Positions 20,372 to 31,844 are shown, counted from the stretch's first letter. The stretch is 64,000 nucleotides of DNA from Nitrospirota bacterium (GCA_040754455.1 JBFMCP010000002.1:160001-224000), one strand, 5' to 3'. Translations and numbers: made by a program. Notes: generated from the sequence alone by a model not told the origin.

Positions 20372-20492
20372 CCTAATCACGATCTCAACTTCAGACCAGC
20401 AATCCATCTTTATACAGAGCTGTCCTCTTCTCTCGTCTTTCACTACACTCACTTTTTCATTTCGGATAGTATCATGAAGAAAATTAGACAAT

Positions 20493-20524
20493 AAAAAAGG
20501 GCGGGTCTTGCGACCCGCCCTTTT
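20493..20524. terminator. Rho-independent terminator between convergent ispF and porin genes, probably bidirectional
   Basis: aaaaaagggcgggtc-ttgc-gacccgccctttt. Confidence 0.85.
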
Positions 20525-20552
20525 ATGTTACGCGTTGCCGCGTGACTGGTAA

Positions 20553-21968
20553 TTAGAAGCTGAGCTCGATACCGTGCCTTACAGCATAGGCATCATCATC
20601 AGTTGTTCCGCCAGTGATTGCTTTGACAGCATCGCCGGCGAAGAGGTAACCGCCCTCAACCCAGTAAACGAGGTTGCGGTCGATCTTGTAGGTGATCTTT
20701 CCGTCAACTTCGATACCTAAATCCTTGTCATTGTTTGTTGCGGTGATATCTTCAGATGCTCTCAGGTAATAAACGTTCACGAGAGCATTGAGGTCCTTCA
20801 TGATATCAGCGGAAGCACCAACTTTGATATACCAGGTATTGGTAATACCGGAGTTGTTGGGGCCACCTGCAGTTGCTGTGCGGTAGTCATATACATAGGT
20901 GTACTTCTGGATACCGCTCTGAAGAGTCTGGAATCCATCAATATCATCATCAGCATCAGCGTCAGGATCGTTACCGCTACCATAAGCATACTCGAGGGTG
21001 AGCTTTACCGGAGCAAGGGTGTAGTCAATGCCTACGAGGTAAGCATAGCCACTATAATCCCGATCCTGTGCTCCTGCTGCTTCACCTTCAAGCGTACCTC
21101 TCTGCAACTCAACATCGGCCCTGATGCCGAAGCCGGCAATCTTGGTCTGGCCTCTCAGGCCAAAGTTCCAGAGATGGCTGTCATTCTGCTCAGCCGGATC
21201 TACTGTAGAAACGAGTGAGTTCTGCACATCGATGTAGGTAGCATCGAAGCCGATGCTGGTATCTTTGTTGAGGTTGTAGCTGAGCAGCAATGAATAGAGG
21301 TCGCCGTCGTTGCTTGATATCCTTCTGTTGTTTGTTAATGTGCTACCAGTTAATCCAACCTGACCAGCACCCTCTGAGAGTTTTGCTGTCAGGAACTCGA
21401 CATGGAGATCTTTCATAGGATCAATGAAGACGTTGATTGCATCATCACCGAACTTCGAGTGATCATAGAAGAGACCATAGCCGAGCTTGACCGGCATATG
21501 ACCGACCTTGAAGCCTGCAGGCACGCCGAGGAGGCCTGCACCCTTGTGCTGGATCCATGCTTCGAGAATGAAGAGTTCATTCTGTTTGAGGTTGCCAATG
21601 TTGTTAAATGCATATGAACCTTTGCCTTCACCAGCCGTGGTGCCCCACTCAACATCACTGCTGTTAGTACCTGTGCCATGCTCGAGGTGGACAACGCCGG
21701 TGGTGTTTTTCGAAACATCAGCCTGGAGGCGGAGTCTTACCCTCTGATCATAGTAAGAGAGACGATCGGTATCGTCATCGTCAAAATCAAGAGTATTGTC
21801 CTGAACCTCACCTCTTACTCTGATGCTACCGCCCAGGGTGAGCTGGGTGGTGCCTTTTGCTACGACTGCCTGGGTCTCTGACGGGATGTCAGCGTGGACC
21901 GCGAAGGCACTCGCCGCAAAGCCAAGAACCAACATCATGCTTGCGACTACTGCTAAAATTTTTCTCAC
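20553..21968 (-). CDS. Outer-membrane beta-barrel porin (alginate-export/major porin-like)
   Basis: Signal peptide ending ASAFA, alternating beta-strand pattern, C-terminal Phe (GIELSF). Confidence 0.8.
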   Translation of the reverse strand: MRKILAVVASMMLVLGFAASAFAVHADIPSETQAVVAKGTTQLTLGGSIRVRGEVQDNTLDFDDDDTDRLSYYDQRVRLRLQADVSKNTTGVVHLEHGTGTNSSDVEWGTTAGEGKGSYAFNNIGNLKQNELFILEAWIQHKGAGLLGVPAGFKVGHMPVKLGYGLFYDHSKFGDDAINVFIDPMKDLHVEFLTAKLSEGAGQVGLTGSTLTNNRRISSNDGDLYSLLLSYNLNKDTSIGFDATYIDVQNSLVSTVDPAEQNDSHLWNFGLRGQTKIAGFGIRADVELQRGTLEGEAAGAQDRDYSGYAYLVGIDYTLAPVKLTLEYAYGSGNDPDADADDDIDGFQTLQSGIQKYTYVYDYRTATAGGPNNSGITNTWYIKVGASADIMKDLNALVNVYYLRASEDITATNNDKDLGIEVDGKITYKIDRNLVYWVEGGYLFAGDAVKAITGGTTDDDAYAVRHGIELSF

Positions 21969-22155
21969 TTCCTAACCCTCCTATGGTTAGTTCAGTATGG
22001 ACCGCCAAAGGCGGTGTACAGCAAAATGAAGATCGTAAAAACTGAGTAGTCAGAATCTGAGAACCGGACTTTGTTTCCTTCACCTCCCATGGGTGATCAT
22101 CCAGTTGCTAAAGACCGGGAAAGACAAGCTTGAAAGTTGAACGTACAATAGAAGG

Positions 22156-22186
22156 TTTATACCATTTCGTACACTATGCCTGTCAA
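22156..22186 (-). promoter_or_regulatory. Putative sigma-70 promoter for the porin gene
   Basis: Minus strand TTGACA-N19-TATAAA with an extended -10 TGn; the spacer is long. Confidence 0.45.
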
Positions 22187-22195
22187 GCAAAAAAT

Positions 22196-22230
22196 AGCTT
22201 TCAGCTATCAGCGGTCAGCCGTCAGCTTTT
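22196..22230. repeat. Heptamer arm downstream of the four-helix-bundle gene, overlapping its stop codon
   Basis: agctttc-agctatc-agcggtc-agccgtc-agctttt. Confidence 0.88.
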
Positions 22231-22567
22231 GAATAAAAGAAGTCAGCATACGTTTAACCTCGACGACCTCTCCAGCAAGCGTTTCATAATCAGACACTTG
22301 CAATAAGCCAAGATCATGTGAGAGTAATAAGTGATATTCAAGTTCGCTTGCCGAGCCGAATGCTATCTGGAGAAAGCGAGCGAATTCGATCTCACTGCTT
22401 CTTCCGCAACCTTCCGCAATATTGGCAGAAATAGAGCCGCTTGCTCGGCGGATCTGGCTTGTTAAGCCATACATTTCTTCCCTTGGGAATGTTACAGTGG
22501 CTTTGTAAACCGCCAATGTCAATTGATGGCTTTTTTGCCAGACTTTCAATTCTTTAAAATCTCTCAA
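22208..22567 (-). CDS. Four-helix-bundle protein (TIGR02436 / 23S rRNA IVP / Avd-like family)
   Basis: FKELKVWQKS, FPREEMYGLTSQIRRAS.SISANIAEG, FLQIAFGSASELEYHL; TTG start with aggagc RBS. Confidence 0.93.
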   Translation of the reverse strand: MRDFKELKVWQKSHQLTLAVYKATVTFPREEMYGLTSQIRRASGSISANIAEGCGRSSEIEFARFLQIAFGSASELEYHLLLSHDLGLLQVSDYETLAGEVVEVKRMLTSFIQKLTADR

Positions 22568-22578
22568 ACAATGCTCCT

Positions 22579-22609
22579 GCTGATAGCTGATGGCTGAAAG
22601 CTGATTGCT
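22579..22609. repeat. Heptamer arm upstream of the four-helix-bundle gene, inverted relative to 22196-22230
   Basis: gctgata-gctgatg-gctgaaa-gctgatt-gct. Confidence 0.88.
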
Positions 22610-22648
22610 TGATTATTGTCAAAGAGCCGTATAGTAGATACGGTACGT

Positions 22649-22664
22649 AGCAACTAGTATGCCA
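22649..22664 (-). promoter_or_regulatory. Sigma-54 (-24/-12) promoter
   Basis: Minus strand TGGCAT-ACTAG-TTGCT; candidate enhancer sites TGT-N12-ACA (22730-22747) and TGT-N11-ACA (22751-22767) upstream. Confidence 0.7.
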
Positions 22665-22790
22665 TAGCCTCTGGTAGGCATAACTAATTGTAATTTTAGT
22701 GGTTATCTATCAAGTGGGTGTCAAAAATTTGTGGTTATTCTGCAACAATCTGTGAATTGCGGAAACATAGTCAATATATTGACAGGAGAG

Positions 22791-22882
22791 CAGCTATCAG
22801 ACTATATTTTGAAAAAGACTTTATAGAAAACGCTGTTTCTCTTTGTCCTTTGCTGATTGCTGACGGCTGATAGCTGATGGCT
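22791..22882. repeat. TCAGC/GCTGA heptamer element upstream of the TPR gene
   Basis: cagctatcag ... gctgatt-gctgacg-gctgata-gctgatg-gct (22852-22882). Confidence 0.8.
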
Positions 22883-22927
22883 ATTTGTATCTTCATTGAC
22901 CATTCAGACCACACCGATTTATAGTAA

Positions 22928-23503
22928 ATGAGGAAAACGCACATGGCGAAGGATTTCAAATATGATCAGGCGATCGCCAAATACACGAAGATCATAGAAT
23001 CGAACCCGGAGCATTACAGCGCCTACAACAACCGTGGGCTCGCCTATTTTAAAAAGGGCCTTCACCAACGTGCATTTGCCGATTTCGATAAAGCCATCGA
23101 GCTCAATCCCGCCTTCATCCCTGCCTACATCAACCGCGGCAATGCCCACCAGGAGCTGGGGCACTACGATGTAGCAATCGCCGATTTCAACAAGGCTATT
23201 GAGCTGGACCCCGGCAACGATATGGCCTACAACAACCGCGGGTTTACCTTTCTTTTGACGGGTCGCTATGCAGAGGCTGAAAGGGATATCGCAAAGGCGC
23301 TCGAGCTTAACCCGGACAATGTCTATGCATTGAACAGCATGGCTGAACTTTATGCCATGCGCAACGATGCGGCAGAGGCCTGCACGTGGTTGAAGCGGGC
23401 TTTGGAGAAAGGGTACACCAACTGGAGCTATATCAAAACCTCGAAGACATACAACAATATCCGCAGCGCGCCCTGCTTTATGGAGATAGTGAAGGGGAAA
23501 TAA
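22928..23503 (+). CDS. Tetratricopeptide repeat protein
   Basis: Repeated AYNNRG..Y / AIADFNKAIELDP TPR units. Confidence 0.9.
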   Translation: MRKTHMAKDFKYDQAIAKYTKIIESNPEHYSAYNNRGLAYFKKGLHQRAFADFDKAIELNPAFIPAYINRGNAHQELGHYDVAIADFNKAIELDPGNDMAYNNRGFTFLLTGRYAEAERDIAKALELNPDNVYALNSMAELYAMRNDAAEACTWLKRALEKGYTNWSYIKTSKTYNNIRSAPCFMEIVKGK

Positions 23504-23509
23504 TAGAGA

Positions 23510-23584
23510 TGGTGGGCGATGAGGGTATCGAACCCACGACCTCTTCCGTGTGAAGGAAGCGCTCTCCCACTGAGCTAATCGCCC
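23510..23584 (-). tRNA. tRNA-Val (anticodon CAC)
   Basis: Minus strand GGGCGATTAGCTCAGTGGGAGAGCGCTTCCTT-CAC-ACGGAAGAGGTCGTGGGTTCGATACCCTCATCGCCCACCA; folds as a cloverleaf with encoded CCA. Confidence 0.95.
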
Positions 23585-23683
23585 GTCTTTACTATTATAA
23601 ACAAAATCGGCAGCGGATGGGGAAGTTTTGGTGCCCTTTCCGTTCGGCAAGAGATCACCGTGACCAAAAGGGAGATTAATTAA

Positions 23684-25543
23684 GTGCTGTCACACAAAGC
23701 AGATGAATTTCTGGGCGGGGCCATCGGAAGCGCCCTGGAGCACTACGAGCCCCGGCATTCGCAGCGGGCGATGATGAGCGCCTGTTCCCGGATTATTGAG
23801 GAAGGGGGCACCTTGCTGGCCGAGGCAGGCACTGGCACCGGCAAGACCTTTGCGTATCTTGTCCCGATCATACGCTCCGGGCAGAAGGCGATTGTCTCGA
23901 CCAGGACCATCAATCTCCAGGAGCAGATCGTTGCAAAGGACCTGAAGTTTCTTGCCGGCCTTACTCCCTTTGAGTATGTCATAGCAAAAGGCAGAGGCAA
24001 CTATCTCTGCCTGAGAAGACTCAATGCCTTCAGACCCTCGAACGAGCAGGAGACAGAAGAGTACAAGAGCCTGCTCAGATGGGCATCGGCGACAAAGAGC
24101 GGCGACAGGGAGGACTACGGATTTATCCGATTGATGATCTGGGATGAAGTCTGCTCGGATGCGGATGCCTGCAGTGCGTTGAAGTGCGGCTTTTTCAAGC
24201 AGTGCTTCTATTTCGGCGCGCGGCAGCAATGGGAAAAGGCCCGGATCATTGTGGCGAACCATGCGCTGGTCGGCATCAACGCCCTGCTGGAGCGTGATGT
24301 CCGCATGCTGCCCCAGGCCGAGGTGCTCGTCATCGATGAGGCCCATACACTCGACGGCGTGCTTTCGGAAATAGCCGGAGTGACCCTGACTGACAGGGGC
24401 TTTGACCGCATCTTCAACAAGCTGCTGAAGCTCGATGAGCGGGGAGTGTACAAGGGACTCCTCGGAAATTCTCCCCACCTCTTCCCAGCAGTTGAATCAC
24501 TGAGGACCGAAATGGGAATTCTCTGGATTCATGCCAGAAATGAGCTGAAGCACCGGGAGACGATCAAAGGGGAGTGCGTTCTGAAGGAGCGTATGCAGGC
24601 GCTCATAACATCCATCAACGAACTGATTGAAAAGGCCAGGACGACGGTGACGGGCCTCTTCAAGGAGGATGACGAACTGGAGCTCTCGGCAGCCCTCGGC
24701 AAGCTCAAGGCCTATGCCGAGGGAATGGAGGCCTTTTCCGAAGGTATGGCCGACTACGTCAGATGGGCTGATATTGAAGAGCGGCGGATTTCCCTTCGCA
24801 TGTCGCCCATCTACTCAAGGGAGCTCATGCGCAACAGCATCGTGCCGGAGCACCGGTCGATCATCCTCACCTCGGCCACACTTTCCGTATCCGGAGATTT
24901 CAGCTTTATTACGAACGTCCTCGGGCTTGACGGCGCCGAAACGCTCACTATCCCTTCTCCCTTCGATTTCCGCAAGCAGGTTGTTGTCGATATCAGAAAG
25001 GGAATAAATCTTAAGGAGGAGCGCAGCGCAGAGAAACTGTCGGCGGTCATTCTCGAGGAGGCGGCAAGAAGAGACGGCGGGGTGCTGGTGCTGTTCACTT
25101 CGCGAGAGGTTATGAAGAGGACCTGGGAGCTTTCAGCCGAAGCGCTCGGTATCATGGGCCTCAACCCGATGATGCAGGGAGAGCTGCCAAACCGGTTGAT
25201 GCTCGAAATTATGAGAGACAGCGATAACAGCGTCATCTTCGGTCTCGACTCTTTCTGGGAGGGCGTGGATGTCAAAGGCGATGCGCTCAAGTGCCTCATC
25301 ATCACCAAGCTCCCCTTCGAGGTGCCGACGGAGCCGATCGTAAAGGCGAGGAGCGAGGAGATTGAGAAGCGCGGTGAAAACCCCTTTTATGAATACGCGC
25401 TTCCCCGCGCAGTGCTCAAATTCAAGCAGGGGTTCGGGCGGCTGATCCGTTCGAAGCGGGACAGCGGAAGGGTCGTCATCTGCGATGAGCGGATAGAGAC
25501 CAAAGCCTACGGGCGCAAATTCATGGAGAGCATCTATAAATAA
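23684..25543 (+). CDS. DinG/YoaA-family Fe-S ATP-dependent DNA helicase
   Basis: EAGTGTGKT, KGRGNYLC, Cys cluster, IDEAH, TSATL, SFWEGVDV, QGFGRLIR. Confidence 0.92.
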   Translation: MLSHKADEFLGGAIGSALEHYEPRHSQRAMMSACSRIIEEGGTLLAEAGTGTGKTFAYLVPIIRSGQKAIVSTRTINLQEQIVAKDLKFLAGLTPFEYVIAKGRGNYLCLRRLNAFRPSNEQETEEYKSLLRWASATKSGDREDYGFIRLMIWDEVCSDADACSALKCGFFKQCFYFGARQQWEKARIIVANHALVGINALLERDVRMLPQAEVLVIDEAHTLDGVLSEIAGVTLTDRGFDRIFNKLLKLDERGVYKGLLGNSPHLFPAVESLRTEMGILWIHARNELKHRETIKGECVLKERMQALITSINELIEKARTTVTGLFKEDDELELSAALGKLKAYAEGMEAFSEGMADYVRWADIEERRISLRMSPIYSRELMRNSIVPEHRSIILTSATLSVSGDFSFITNVLGLDGAETLTIPSPFDFRKQVVVDIRKGINLKEERSAEKLSAVILEEAARRDGGVLVLFTSREVMKRTWELSAEALGIMGLNPMMQGELPNRLMLEIMRDSDNSVIFGLDSFWEGVDVKGDALKCLIITKLPFEVPTEPIVKARSEEIEKRGENPFYEYALPRAVLKFKQGFGRLIRSKRDSGRVVICDERIETKAYGRKFMESIYK

Positions 25544-25579
25544 GCTCTCAGCAATCAGCTGATGGCTGAGAGCTTTTTT
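25543..25579 (+). terminator. Terminator hairpin built from TCAGC/GCTGA heptamer units
   Basis: agctctcagcaatcagctgatggctgagagct followed by a T run, right after the helicase stop codon. Confidence 0.7.
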
Positions 25580-25702
25580 GCGATTGCCAAGCCGTCCTTT
25601 TTGCGATAGTCTTTAGTTATATATCAGTCTGCTACGTACTTTCCCGTGTAACGCTGGTACGACATGTCCTGATATCCCTGCTCTCATCAAGGAGGTGCCC
25701 CG

Positions 25703-27639
<1,937 letters not shown>

Positions 27640-27804
27640 CTCTGAGCATTATCAAGACCTGCGCTTTGAAATTTATGCAGTTGTTCTCCTCCTGCCTTTT
27701 TATTTCATTTCAAAATGTTTTGAAGTATACTTGATAAGGGAAACGGGACTGTTTCCCTGGAATGGCTGTTCAGGGAATGCTTACTATTCAAGGAGGAGAG
27801 AAGC

Positions 27805-29463
27805 GTGCTCGATACCATTAATCCTACACGGACACCGGCCTGGAAGAAGCTCAAAGAGCATTATGCAGTCATGAAGCGGAAACATATGAGAGACCTCTTT
27901 AAGAGGGATCCTGAGCGCTTTTCCCGCTTTTCGCTCAGCCTCAATGATATCACCGTCGATTATTCGAAAAATATCATCACCAGGGAGACCCTGCGCCTCC
28001 TGGTCGGGCTCGCCAGGGAATGCCGGGTGAAGCAGGCGATCGAGAAGATGTTCACCGGCGATATCATCAATGAGACGGAGCACCGGGCGGTGCTCCATGT
28101 GGCGCTGAGGAACCGTTCGAACACTCCCATCTACGTCAACGGCAGCGACGTGATGCCCGAAGTAAACGATGTACTGGCACAGATGGAACGCTTCTCAAAG
28201 AGCATTATCTCCGGCGAATGGAAAGGATATACAGGAAAGGCGATCACCGATATCGTCAATATCGGCATCGGCGGGTCGGACCTCGGCCCGCTCATGGTGA
28301 CCGAGGCATTAAAGCCGTACTGGAAGCCGCATATAAAGGCGCACTTCGTCTCGAATGTGGACGGGACGCATATCGCGGAGACCCTGAAAAAGGTAGCACC
28401 TGAAACCACCCTGTTCATGATCGCCTCGAAGACCTTTACCACCCAGGAGACCATGGCGAACGCCCATACGGCGCGGCAATGGTTCCTCGACGCGGCAAAG
28501 AGCGAGGCATTCATCAAGCGCCACTTCGTTGCGATATCGACCACTACGAAGGAGGTCGAGCGCTTCGGCATCGATCCGGAAAACATGTTCAGATTCTGGG
28601 ACTGGGTCGGCGGCAGGTATTCCCTCTGGTCGGCGATCGGCCTCTCGATCGCCTGCACCATAGGGTTCGAGCATTTCGTCGAGCTTCTGGAGGGCGCGCA
28701 TGATGCCGACCTCCATTTCAGGGAGTCGCCCTTCGAGAAAAATATTCCCGTACTCCTTGCGCTCATAGGAATATGGTATGTCGATTTCTTCGGCGCCGCC
28801 ACCGAGGCGATACTTCCCTATGACCAGTATCTGCATAAATTCCCCGCCTATTTTCAGCAGGGCAACATGGAGAGCAACGGGAAGAGCATCGACCGGAGCG
28901 GTCGCAAGGTGAGCTACCAGACCGGGCCGATCATCTGGGGAGAGTCGGGCACCAACGGGCAGCATGCCTTTTACCAACTCATCCATCAGGGGACGAGAAT
29001 GGTCCCCTGCGATTTCCTGGCACCTGCGATAAGTCACAACCCGATAGGCGAGCATCATGCCATGCTGCTGTCCAACTTCTTTGCGCAGACAGAGGCTTTG
29101 ATGAAAGGAAAAACGAGAGAAGAAGTCGTCGCTGAGCTGAAAGAGTCCGGAGCAAGCGATCAGGAGATAAAGAAACTCGCCCCTTTTAAAACCTTCGAAG
29201 GCAACAGGCCGACGAATTCGATACTCTTTCGAAAGCTGACGCCACGCACGCTCGGCAGCCTTATTGCCCTCTACGAGCACAAGATCTTCGTGCAGGGCGT
29301 GATCTGGAACATCTTCAGCTTCGATCAGTGGGGAGTGGAGCTCGGCAAGCAGCTCGCCAACAAGATTCTTCCCGAGCTCTCGGACAGCCGTCCGGTTGCC
29401 TCCCATGATGCGTCGACCAACGGCCTGATCAATACGTTCAAGAAATTAAGGTCATCATCATAA
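27805..29463 (+). CDS. pgi: Glucose-6-phosphate isomerase
   Basis: [41 protein letters not shown]. Confidence 0.97.
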   Translation: MLDTINPTRTPAWKKLKEHYAVMKRKHMRDLFKRDPERFSRFSLSLNDITVDYSKNIITRETLRLLVGLARECRVKQAIEKMFTGDIINETEHRAVLHVALRNRSNTPIYVNGSDVMPEVNDVLAQMERFSKSIISGEWKGYTGKAITDIVNIGIGGSDLGPLMVTEALKPYWKPHIKAHFVSNVDGTHIAETLKKVAPETTLFMIASKTFTTQETMANAHTARQWFLDAAKSEAFIKRHFVAISTTTKEVERFGIDPENMFRFWDWVGGRYSLWSAIGLSIACTIGFEHFVELLEGAHDADLHFRESPFEKNIPVLLALIGIWYVDFFGAATEAILPYDQYLHKFPAYFQQGNMESNGKSIDRSGRKVSYQTGPIIWGESGTNGQHAFYQLIHQGTRMVPCDFLAPAISHNPIGEHHAMLLSNFFAQTEALMKGKTREEVVAELKESGASDQEIKKLAPFKTFEGNRPTNSILFRKLTPRTLGSLIALYEHKIFVQGVIWNIFSFDQWGVELGKQLANKILPELSDSRPVASHDASTNGLINTFKKLRSSS

Positions 29464-29520
29464 ACAGCAACTCTACTAATGACCGCCGCGATAGCAAATT
29501 GCAGTCGTCGTTTTGTTGAA

Positions 29521-29551
29521 ATCCGCTGCGGGCTTCATGCCCGCAGCGGAT
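29521..29551. terminator. Hairpin between convergent pgi and surface-protein genes
   Basis: atccgctgcgggc-ttcat-gcccgcagcggat (13-bp stem). Confidence 0.65.
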
Positions 29552-29590
29552 AGTTCTGTTGTGTTCCTTTTGTAATCCGGCGTACTTGCC

Positions 29591-31444
29591 TCAGAATGCA
29601 CTTTTCAGTTTGATCTCATCAACCATTCCGCTGCCGCGGATGAGGAAGCCGTTGACGCTCAGGATGGTCACTCCCGGCTGGGCGGCCTTCAGGTCAGCCT
29701 GGAGATCACGGGTGAAGGTTTGCCATACGCCGTTGCGGGCGCCGGTGCCGAGCCCGTAGTGTACGTATTCGCCGGTGCCGCGGTTGCTGTAGCTTACCGG
29801 TGTGTAGGTGAGATAGCGGTGCCCTGCCGTAGTCTCCACATCAATGTAGATCGTAAAGTCCGACGAGTATTTCATGCTCCATTCGATGACAAACTGGCTG
29901 GTGTTGTTCCACGGAGCAGCAGCGTCGCTCCTGAGTCGATAGCCGTTGGCCGTACCGCTGCCGCTCAACTGAATGACGCGGCTTTGACGTGCCGTATCGT
30001 AGACATTGGTGATTTTTGCTCCCGCGGGATCGTTGTCGTAAATGTCCCATCCCTTGATGGTACCGTCCTGGGCGTCTTCATATACCGTGGCCGCTTTCAT
30101 CAGCTTAATACCGTCGAGCAAACCGCTGCCGCGGATGAGGAAGCCGTTGACGCTCAGGATGGTCACTCCCGGCTGGGCGGCCTTCAGGTCAGCCTGGAGA
30201 TCACGGGTGAAGGTTTGCCATACGCCGTTGCGGGCGCCGGTGCCGAGCCCGTAGTGTACGTATTCGCCGGTGCCGCGGTTGCTGTAGCTTACCGGTGTGT
30301 AGGTGAGATAGCGGTGCCCTGCCGTAGTCTCCACATCAATGTAGATCGTAAAGTCTTCCGCATACTTCATGCTCCATTCGATGACAGACTGGCTGGTGTT
30401 GTTCCACGGGGTGTAATCATCATTTCTCAGCCGGTAACCGTTGGCCCGTCCCGCGCCGCTCAACTGAATGACGCGGCTTTGACGTGCCGTATCGTAGACA
30501 TTGGTGATTTTTGCTCCCGCGGGATCGTTGTCGTAAATGTCCCATCCCTTGATGGTACCGTCCTGGGCGTCTTCATACGCTGTGATGGTCGTGGCCTGGG
30601 GGGGGGCCGGAGGAGGGGGCGTCGTAGCAGCGAAGCTTGCTGCTATAGAGTGATGAGCTGTTACATTACTAAAGGTATAGGTATTGACGGCGCCGACCGA
30701 AACGCCATCGACCTTTACGTCGGCGATGAGGTACCCCGCATCGGGGGTAATGGTGAATGTTCCGCTTGCTCCCTGGGTAACCGATACTGTTCCTGAAGGG
30801 GTGATGGTCCCTCCGCTGCCTGCAGAAGCTGTTATCGAATAGGTAGTTGCCGGAGTGATATTGAATGTTGCGGTAATTGTCGTTGCTGCATTCATGGTGA
30901 CGGTGCATGTTCCGGTGCCAGTGCAGTTGCCTGACCATCCTGCAAAGGTCGAGCCTGTCGCCGGTGCAGCGGAGAGTGTCACGACCGTACCCTGATTGTA
31001 GGGTTCGGTGCAGTCGGTACCGCAGTTTATTCCCGTACCTGTTACGGTCCCTGTCCCTGTCCCGCTTTTGTTGACCGTAAGCGAATATTGCTGGGGAGCC
31101 GCAGGCGTTGTTTTTGCCACCATATTGGAATATCCGCTTTCGCCTCCTGCGGTGTTATAGGCAGTGGCGACGAAGTAATAGGTCGTTCCGGGGGCAAGGT
31201 TAGTGATCGTATATGTTGTTCTGTTGCCGACATCGACATACTGCGGATAGCTGCCCGACACTGTACTATAGTAGATCCTGTAGCCGGCAAGATCGGTGAT
31301 CGGTGTGCCGTCGCTATTGGTGGTCGGCGGGTTCCAGGCGAGCTGGATCTCGGCGGCGCTCGCTATGCCGGCAATAATAAACACGCACCAGAAGACTACT
31401 ATTGAGATTGCCGCACATCTTCTATTGTTCCGGTTTTTGCTCAT
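29591..31444 (-). CDS. Secreted surface protein: FN3 domain, two InlB-B/bacterial-repeat-like domains, Pro linker and two ~165-aa beta-sandwich repeats
   Basis: Signal peptide, LAWNPP...GYRIYY...LAPGTTYYFVATAY, TFAGWSGNC, duplicated C-terminal domain. Confidence 0.82.
   Translation of the reverse strand: MSKNRNNRRCAAISIVVFWCVFIIAGIASAAEIQLAWNPPTTNSDGTPITDLAGYRIYYSTVSGSYPQYVDVGNRTTYTITNLAPGTTYYFVATAYNTAGGESGYSNMVAKTTPAAPQQYSLTVNKSGTGTGTVTGTGINCGTDCTEPYNQGTVVTLSAAPATGSTFAGWSGNCTGTGTCTVTMNAATTITATFNITPATTYSITASAGSGGTITPSGTVSVTQGASGTFTITPDAGYLIADVKVDGVSVGAVNTYTFSNVTAHHSIAASFAATTPPPPAPPQATTITAYEDAQDGTIKGWDIYDNDPAGAKITNVYDTARQSRVIQLSGAGRANGYRLRNDDYTPWNNTSQSVIEWSMKYAEDFTIYIDVETTAGHRYLTYTPVSYSNRGTGEYVHYGLGTGARNGVWQTFTRDLQADLKAAQPGVTILSVNGFLIRGSGLLDGIKLMKAATVYEDAQDGTIKGWDIYDNDPAGAKITNVYDTARQSRVIQLSGSGTANGYRLRSDAAAPWNNTSQFVIEWSMKYSSDFTIYIDVETTAGHRYLTYTPVSYSNRGTGEYVHYGLGTGARNGVWQTFTRDLQADLKAAQPGVTILSVNGFLIRGSGMVDEIKLKSAF
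29628..30577. repeat. Direct repeat of ~455 bp (29628-30082 and 30123-30577, offset 495)
   Basis: Near-identical DNA except for one divergent internal patch. Confidence 0.92.
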
Positions 31445-31647
31445 TACTCACTCCTCATCGTTTATTTAGCTCTGACGCAAGCGAAACTATGGGTGTATTT
31501 TGAAGAACATTCAACGGGAAAATCTGTGATTGCAATCACGGCGTCTGATTTCTGAATGCAGAGCCCGTCCGTCCCCCTGCATTTGACAGAGCAACTGTTT
31601 ACATTGGAAACAAACGGCGTTAAAAGCTTGAAAGGTAAGTACCCCGC

Positions 31648-31718
31648 AGTGTTTCCTTTGGATACACTTCAAGGAGAGAAACGCTTTTGCAAGGGTAAAG
31701 TGTTTCCTTTGGATACAC
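31648..31718. promoter_or_regulatory. Two identical 20-bp sites AGTGTTTCCTTTGGATACAC (TGT-N11-ACA); putative sigma-54 activator binding sites
   Basis: Copies at 31648-31667 and 31699-31718, each an imperfect palindrome. Confidence 0.75.
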
Positions 31719-31844
31719 CCCCGATGCTTTTATTCCGGAAAGTCTGACAATCCGTTCATGAGGGAGCGTCGAAAGAGTTTACAAAAATCTTTTTGTTTCA
31801 AGCTACTTACCTTGGGATTATTTTTCAATGCCTTGGTTCCCTTC

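Noticed and set aside
22196..23584. Genomic island integrated at the tRNA-Val 3' end
   Set aside because: No integrase and no duplicated tRNA 3' fragment seen.
29720..30796. Long antisense or alternative-frame ORFs (e.g. 29720-30796, 2677-3717, 28309-29406, 9706-10692)
   Set aside because: They shadow well-supported genes on the opposite strand and show no recognisable motifs.
31526..31539. Palindrome gtgattgcaatcac as a sigma-54 promoter for the surface-protein gene
   Set aside because: The -24 GG is missing on the minus strand. It could be an operator, but there is no further support.
31648..31718. Mini CRISPR array (two 20-bp repeats with a 31-bp spacer)
   Set aside because: Only two short copies and no cas genes; the position and TGT-N11-ACA form fit sigma-54 enhancer sites better.
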